From Mobula hypostoma (Eukaryota), in the NCBI RefSeq assembly GCF_963921235.1, contig NC_086103.1, positions 4,836,001-4,900,000 of the forward strand: a DNA stretch of 64,000 nucleotides, given 5' to 3'. The position numbers were made by a program, and so were the translations under genes. Below, in pieces: positions 56,506 through 64,000 of the stretch. Within the stretch, counting starts at the first letter, position 1, and each line of letters begins with the position of its first letter. Below the pieces are notes generated by a model that was not told the origin of the DNA, did no database searches, and saw nothing but the letters and a program-made list of their open reading frames with translations.

Positions 56506-59049
56506 TTAAGTATATTGAATGGCGGAAAAGGAAGTAAATGATTGATGCGGCTGTAGAAGGGGAGACCTCTTCCCATTCCTGACAGATTCAGGGGTTCCCA
56601 AGAGTCAAAACATGTTTTGCCCTGAGTTTAATATATAGACTACAAAGTTTCAGGCCTGGAGTTCAGGGTCCCATTAATGGTGAGTCTGAAGTTTAGGGTC
56701 CTGTCATTGGCAAGTCTGGAATCCAAGGCCCAGAGTTAGGGACACTGTCATCAGCTAGTCCTCGGGTTGATGTCAAAAGTCGAAGCCTGGTAGTCGAATC
56801 TCTGGCGAGTCTGCGAGACCACTGGAGAAGATGGAGGCCCACTGTCTGCCAATCCACTGGAGGTCTGCAGGCTTGTCCCGAGATTGGAGGACTGTGCGTG
56901 TGGGGGGGTTTGGGTGTGAGGAAGTGTGGGAGAGAGGGAAAGAGCTTGTTTTGCTGCTGTTGTTTTGTTGCTTGTTGTCTTCTGTGTTGTTCTGCTGAAC
57001 ATTGTGGGTTTGCTGTGTTGGTGCGGAAATGTGTGGCTACACTTGTGGGCTGTCCCCAGCACATCCTTAGGTTGTGTTGACTGTTAAACATAAGCAATAT
57101 ATTTCACTGTATGTTTCGATGTACATGTGATAAATATTCTGAAATATAAATATAAATATTCTGAATCTGAAGCTGAAACATAGAACAGTCCAACACCGTA
57201 AAAGCCTCTGCATGATGTCTTGATTCTTATATTCAGTGGCGACGATGGTAAGCACAGCATACACCACCTTTGTCATTCTTAATCACCTGTGTAGCCCTTT
57301 CAGAACTTGGACCTCAAGATCCCTCTGTGCTCTTAAGGTCCTTGCCTTTTCAAGTGATTACATTTAACCTCCCTTGATGTAAGCACCTCATACTTGCCCA
57401 GATTAAACTTTATTCACTATATCTCCACCTGTATTTGAATCTGAACTATATCCTGCTGTGTCTTTTGTTCAAAGTCCAAAGTAAATTTATTATCAAATAC
57501 CTATATATCACCATATACTACCACGTGATTCATTTTCTTGCAGGCATTCACAGTAAAGCAAAAAATACAATAGAATCAATGAAAAACTACACACAAAGAC
57601 GAACAAACAACCAATGTGCAAATGAAGACAAATTTTGCAAATAATTAAATAATAATGAGAACATGAGTTGTAGCATCCTTGAAAGTAGGTTGTGGAGTCA
57701 GTTCAGGGCTCAGGTGACTGAAGTTATCCGTGCTGGTTCAGAACCCTGGTGGTTGAAGGTAGTAAACGTTCCTGAACCTGGTGGTATGGGACCCAAGGCT
57801 CCTGAATCTTCTTCAAAATGGCAGCAGTTTGGATGTCAGGGGTCTTCGAAGATGGATGCTGCTTTCTTGCGGCTGTGCTCCTTGTAGACGAGCACAACGT
57901 TGGTGAGGCTTTGCCCACGATAGACTGGGTGGTGTCCACAACTTCTTCACTGTTCACAACTCCGACAACTTTTGTGACACCCACAAAGTTTAGTGGTGGG
58001 GTTTGAGGACCATTTCTGTGTGAATTTTGATTCATGCTGTTGGGCGGGGGAGTGGAAGAAGAGACATTTTATTCTGCCAGTTGTTCAGTGTTTGAGAAAC
58101 CCACTTTGAAGGGTCAAGCATCTTCCCATTCAGTGGTTTGGTTTAGGGGTAACGTAAAAACATGATTAATCAGTTGAAAATCCTACCTGCAGTACTGATA
58201 CTGAAGGTGAGTTAAAAGGGGTAGGCTTATTGTTGCTCTTATTCCTTTGAACAGTGCAGAAGATAACTGACTCAGTTACAGTCCAGATCTGCTAACTTTG
58301 CAACCTGAAGCCTTTGGATCACCTGATACTCTTGCTGTCGTGCTTTACAGCACACAGTGGTATATCTCTTGTCCTTCAAATGACTAACTAATTTATTGCT
58401 GTGAAAGCTGAGGAAACAAGCTGACTTCGATTCTTTTTGGGGTCTCTCTCTCTCTCTCTCTCTCCAGATGTTCGGGTAGATATGGATGAAATATTATTCT
58501 CTACATATAAACTCGATCCTAGTCAGCAATTGAGCAGTGGTGGATGCAAATATCTGCTGAGCAGCTGATTTTTCAGCGCTACAGTCAGCAAGAGTTTTTT
58601 TGTGATGATAGTGGTATCTTGTGACTTATCAGCTGGTTCTGTTGGACTATCTTTGTCTACCCTTCTTTGCCTTGACACCAGTGTCCCTTGACAGCATTGC
58701 CGATGACAGGCTGAGAGAATAAACTTGAAAGCATAGAACATGGAACAGTACAGTGGTGGAGCTGGCTACGTGTCCCACAATATCTACGCCAAACACAATG
58801 CCGAATTAAACTGAATCTTTTCAGCCTGCACCCGATCAAGTCCCTTATTGTCTATCTGCCACCCTATCATCGCACCTCTGGCAACCCATTCCAGGCACCT
58901 ACCACTCTGTGGTTTAAAATGAAAATAATTTGCTGTGTGCACATCTCTTTTAAACTTACTTCCCTCCCCTTACGCTCCCCCCCACCTCCCCACTTTCATT
59001 TGAAATCTTTAAATGCACGTCCTCTGGTATTTGACCGTTCTTCAGGTCA

Positions 59050-59365
59050 GCATAGTAGCATAGTGATTGGCACTTCGACTTACAGTGCCAGCAGTACGAT
59101 TGAAGTTCGTTTCTTGCTGGTGTCTGTGAGGAGTTTGTATGTCCCCCCTGTGATTGTGTGGATTTCCACCAGGTGCTCCGGTTGACTCCCACGTACCAAA
59201 GAAATGCAGTCAGGATTAGTGAATCCTGGGCATGCTGTGTTAGCACCAGAAGCATAGCGACATTTGTGGGCCACCCAGCACAGTTCTCGCTGATTTGATT
59301 TGACACAAATGGCACATTTTATTGCATGTTTCAACGTACATGTGACAACTAAAGCTAATCTTTAA
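59050..59365 (+). mobile_element. V-SINE-like copy nested in a minus-strand CR1 3' fragment (~58730-59550)
   Basis: Homologous to 390-714; flanks encode CR1 RRLQKRFTGMQPGL...ERRRLRGNL. Confidence 0.75.
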
Positions 59366-60379
59366 TCTACTCCAGGGAAAAAAAAAGATTCTAACTGTCT
59401 CTTATGACTCTCATAATCTTATAAGCTTCTGTCAGGTTTCCTCTCAGTCTCCGCCGTTCCAGTAAAAACAACCAAAGTTTGTTCAACCTCTCATTATAAC
59501 TCATGCCATCTAATCCAGGCTGCATCCCAGTAAACCTCTTCTGTAATCTTCTTTGCGTCAACACTCGTGCTGTCTTCAAGTATTCCTTGGCAGCTTTACA
59601 GATGGCAGTTGAGGAAATAAACCTCATAGCAGTGGGCTCTGAGGTACTCACGCTCATTTGATCTGATTTTTTCATAACTCTCTGTTTAAACTCCTTATAA
59701 ACAGATTATCTGATGTTCAATATCAAAGGGATGTCTTAGTGAATTTATTATCAAAGTACATATATGTCATCATATACTACCCTGAGATTCCGTTTCCAAC
59801 AGGCATTCAGGAAAATAAAGAAATACAGTAGAAGTTGTGAAAACATATACATAAACGAAAATTGATGACAACCTAATAAGAAGACAAATTATGCAAATAA
59901 AACAAATAATACTGAGAGCACGAGTTGTAGAGTCTTTGAAAGTGAGTTTGTAAATTACGGAATCAGTTCAGTGTTGAGGTGAATGAAGTTATCCACACTG
60001 ATTCAGGAGCCTGATGGTTGAAGGGTAATAACTGTTCCTAAGCTGGATGCTGTGGGTCCTAAGGCTCCTGTACCTCCTTCCCAATGGTAGTAGTGAGAAG
60101 AGAGCATGGACCGGATGGTGAAGATTGTTTTCTATTAACGGAGTGAGAAAGCCAAACCAGTTCTCACGTTCGTCTTGTGCTGGGATCACAGCAGGACGAT
60201 ACCAAATCATTAATAGAGAATCGGATATTTTAAATCTGTTACTGCACATGAGGAATATATGCCAGACTAATAGATGGTTACATTGTGCACCGTGTGTCTA
60301 ATCCACCTTCTTCTGACCCCAGCTCATTGACAAGATCTCAACTGTGCTATCAATGCCCTTGGTCATCAGTATGGATTGA

Positions 60380-62407
60380 GGGATTCGTATGCAATGTACT
60401 GGATAGATTGCATGGAACAAAGATCATTAGATTCTGCAGAGGGACTGAGGGATTGGAAAACACCCGGTGTAATCACTTTATTCAAAGAAGGAAGGGAGAC
60501 CTTGTCAGCTATAGAACAGTTAGCCTATTGCATAATATAAGAATAAGAGATGGGAGATTTGATAGAGGAATACAAAATTATGAGGGAAACAGGGTAAATG
60601 CAAGCAAGCTTTTTCCACTGAGGTTATGTGGGGCACCACTAGAGGTTAAGGGTGAAAGGTGAAAAGTTTTAAGTGAAAAATGAGGGGGAACTTGTTCATT
60701 CAGAAGGTATTGAGAGGATGGAATGAGCTGCCTGCGCAGTTGGTGGATGGGAGCTCCATTTCAACATTTAAGAGAAATTTGGGTAGTCACATGGATAGTA
60801 GGGTTATGGTCCCAGTGCAGCTCGATAGGAGTAGGCAGTTCAAATGGTTTGGCACAGACTAGATGGGCCGAATGGCTTGTTTCTGTTCTGAACTTTTCTA
60901 TGACTCTATGAATCTATTTACTGTTTCTTTAATAATATGATGCCTTGATTATACAATATGCGCTATAAGAAGAGGTTGGGCAGACTAGAGTTGTTTTCTC
61001 TGAAGAGACAGAGGCTGAGGAGAGAGACCTGATAGAGGTTTGTAAGATTGAGAGGCATAGATAGACAATCAGTTATTTTTCCCAGGGGCAAAATGCCTAA
61101 TACCAGAAAACATGTGTTTTAAGGAGGCAGGAAGTAAGTTCAAGGGAGATGTGTGGGGCAAGTTTTTTTCACGCAGAGGGGCGGGTGCCTGGAACGGGCT
61201 GTCAGAATGTTACTGCAGGCAAATACAACAGACACACTTAATAGGCTCTTAGATAGGCACGTGAATGTGTAGAGAATGGTGATTTGGATATTGCATAGCC
61301 AGAATGGATTAATTTAGTTAGCACTTAATTACTAGTTCAATTAGCTTGTTGCAACACCATGCATCGAATGACCTGTTCCTGCACTGTACTGTTCTACATT
61401 ATATTTTTATTCAGGTTGTATTAGTTAGCACTTAATTACTAGTTCAATTAGCTTGTTGCAACACCATGCATCGAATGACCTGTTCCTGCACTGTACTGTT
61501 CTACATTATATTTTTATTCCGGTTGTATTAGTAAAACATTTGGAAGTTATCATCTGATTAAACTGGATCGGGGAATCCTGCCTGACAAATTTATAGACTT
61601 CTTTGAGGAAGGATCAGCCAGAGAGAAAAGGAATTATAATGTGATTGGATATAATGTGAAAGGCATTTGACCAGGTGCAGTACGAGAGGTTTCTCTGTAA
61701 GATAAGAGTTTGTGATGTTGGAGCTAATATGTTAGTATGAGTAAAGAATTAATTAAGTAGCAGGAAGCGTTTTTTATGGATAAGGGCTTCATTTTCAGGT
61801 TGGTGTCCTGTAACAAAAGGAGTGTCACAGAGATCACTGTTAAAATGCTGCCATTTACAATATAAATGGTTCAGAGGAATGAGCTGTAGACAGACTTGTA
61901 GATAATTTGAAAGCAGGGTGGAGGATGAGTTGTGAGGAGAATAAAGAGAGATATTGATTAAACGTACGGAAAAAATGTTGGTGAATGGAGTATGATTCAG
62001 GAAAAGGTGATGTTGTTCACTATGGAAGGAAGAATGATTTTTAAAAAACTGTTAGTTTGATGGTGAAGAAAATACAACAGAAGGGTATTTGGAGGACCTA
62101 GTATGTGAAATATAGACAGCCAATATACGAAGACCAAATTATTGCTGGCTTTTATTTCAGAATCAGAATCAAGTTTATTATCATTGACCTGTTGCGAACT
62201 TTATTGTTTTGCGGCAGCAGTACAGTGTAAGACATAAAATATACTAGGAGAGGTACGCGGACGGTAGGGATATGGAGGGCTATGGTCCCGGTGTAGGGTA
62301 ATGGGAGTAGGAAGTTTAAATGGTTTCAGCATGGACTAAAAGGGCTGATGGGCCTGTTTTGTTAATGTACTTTCCTACGACTATGACTCCAAGCTATTCT
62401 TAAAACG

Positions 62408-62443
<36 letters not shown>

Positions 62444-63150
62444 AGGCTCCTGTACCTCCACTCTGATGGTAGCAGTCAGAAGATGGCATGTTGGGTTAGT
62501 GGGTGTCCTTAAAGACGGGTGCTGCCTTCTTGAGGCATTGCCATTTGAAGATGTCCTTGTTGGCGGGAGGCTAGTGCCCGTGGTGGAGCTGGTTTTGTTT
62601 GCAACCCTTTGCAAATTGTATTGATCCTGGGCAGTGGCCCCTTTGTACCAGACAGTGATGCAACTAGTTAGTATACTCTCTATGGCATCCGTGTAGAAAC
62701 GTGGTCAAGTTTTTGATGATTTATCAAATCAAGGAGGTTGAAGTATAGAAGTCAGAACGGCTGCTGTTGAAATCACTAATGAATGCACAGCTAAAGTTGC
62801 ATGTATAATTTTGGCTCTCCAAGGAAAGAGAAATTATTAGTGGAGACAATTTGGAGAAGGTTCACACTAGGATGATCCGGAATATGGAGAAGTTGTCTTA
62901 TTAGCAAATATTGAATACTTTTTGCTTGCTGGAGCTTAAAAGAATAAGTGGCAACTTACTGATTCACGGAAGATTATTCAGAAACTTAACAAAAAGTCCT
63001 GGGAAAGTCCAAGACAGAATAATGAGACACCCAATCAAGGCAGAGATGAGGAGGCATTTCTCCTCATAGGGATTTGAGTCTTTGGAACTGATCCAGGATG
63101 CTGTGGTAACTGAATCCTTAAATATATTCCATGCTATGGTAGCGTAGAAG
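60380..63150 (+). mobile_element. Run of old CR1 fragments, with a minus-strand Rex piece and (TG)n at 62411-62441
   Basis: Degenerate CR1 RT and 3' motifs (MRGNLFIQKVLRGWNELP). Confidence 0.6.
61314..61532. repeat. 107-bp tandem duplication (one mismatch)
   Basis: Units start at 61314 and 61421; TTAGT microhomology recurs at 61528. Confidence 0.95.
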
Positions 63151-63154
63151 TTTA

Positions 63155-63950
63155 CAGTTCAAAAGTTCAAAGTAAGTTTATTATCCAAATACTATATACA
63201 ACCCTGAGATTCATTGTCTTGTGGGCATACTCAATAATTCCATAATAGAATGACAACCATAATAGAATCAATGAACAGTGAACGCACAAACTGGGCATTC
63301 AACCAGTGTGGAACATAACCAAACTGAAAATACAAAAGAAAAAGAAAGCTATGAATATCGAGAACATGAGATGAAGAGTCCTTGAAAGTGAATCCACAGA
63401 TTGTGAGAACCTTTCATTGATGGGGCGAATGAGGTTGAGTGAATTTATCCCCTTTAGTTCAAGAGCATGATTGTTGAGGGGTAATAACTGTACCTGAACC
63501 AGGTGGTGTGAGTCCTAAGGCTTCTGTACCTTCTTCCTGATTGCAGAAGTGAGAAAAGAGCCTGACCTGGTTTGGTAGGAGTCCCTGATAATGGATGCTG
63601 CTTTCCTGCGATAGCACTTTGTATGGATGAGCTCAGTGTTGAGGAGGGCTTTATCTGTGATGGCCTGGGCTGTATCCATTACACTTTGTATGATTTTCCA
63701 TTCCAGGGCATTGGTATTTCCTTACCAGGCTGAGTTGCACCCATTCAATATACTCACCACCACACATCCATAAATGTTTGTCACAATTTTCGTTGTCGTG
63801 CTGAATCTTTATAAACTGCTAAAGAAGTACAGTTACTGCCATGCTTCCTTTGTAATTGCACTTATGTGCTGGGCCCAGGCAGATCCCTTGACATGATAGC
63901 ACCAAGAAATTTAAATTTGCTGACATTCTCCACTTCTGATCCTTCAGTGA
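63155..63950 (-). mobile_element. Rex/Babar 3' half (related minus-strand pieces at ~52715, 53555, 54990, 57465, 59740)
   Basis: Reverse-complement tail CAAAGTTCAAAGTAAGTTTATTATC and RKAASIIRD-type coding remnants. Confidence 0.75.
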
Positions 63951-64000
63951 CCTCTGTAATCATGTGATGCTATTACAGCTCAAGGCATTCTGGAGTCCAG

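Noticed and set aside
52700-63950. Selection against intronic poly(A) signals (Rex fragments all antisense; four sense SINE tails with mutated AATAAA)
   Set aside because: Small numbers; upstream copies are also often antisense or mutated; many intact sense AATAAA remain in the intron (e.g. 52548, ~53645, ~53681)

Overview
Vertebrate genomic DNA, most likely a cartilaginous fish (ray-like). This is inferred from the repeat landscape: V-SINEs, CR1/HER1-like, Rex-Babar, RTE, L1 and Penelope-like retroelements, Tc1/hAT relics and Gypsy-type solo LTRs. The only host gene recognised is a delta-1 protocadherin, PCDH1 (+ strand). One large coding exon (ATG 46879, splice donor 49866, read-through stop 49917) lies in a transposon-poor CpG island (~43.8-50.6 kb), with a probable non-coding first exon upstream and a long repeat-filled intron downstream; the later cytoplasmic exons were not found. 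The other ~85% of the window is nested transposon debris. The most interesting signals are RNA structures. (1) A TSD-bounded 692-bp non-autonomous RTE element (34960-35651, minus strand) has a 5' end that folds into an HDV-like self-cleaving ribozyme with a long J1/2 insertion and essentially no P4. (2) About ten minimal hammerhead-ribozyme motifs sit in Penelope-like termini, several in TSD-bounded mini-units or fold-back insertions. (3) The PCDH1 ectodomain is uninterrupted, with a donor+acceptor-like CAG|GTGAG exactly where (from memory) the mammalian gene has an intron. Boundaries of old repeats are approximate; family names are by eye, not from database searches.
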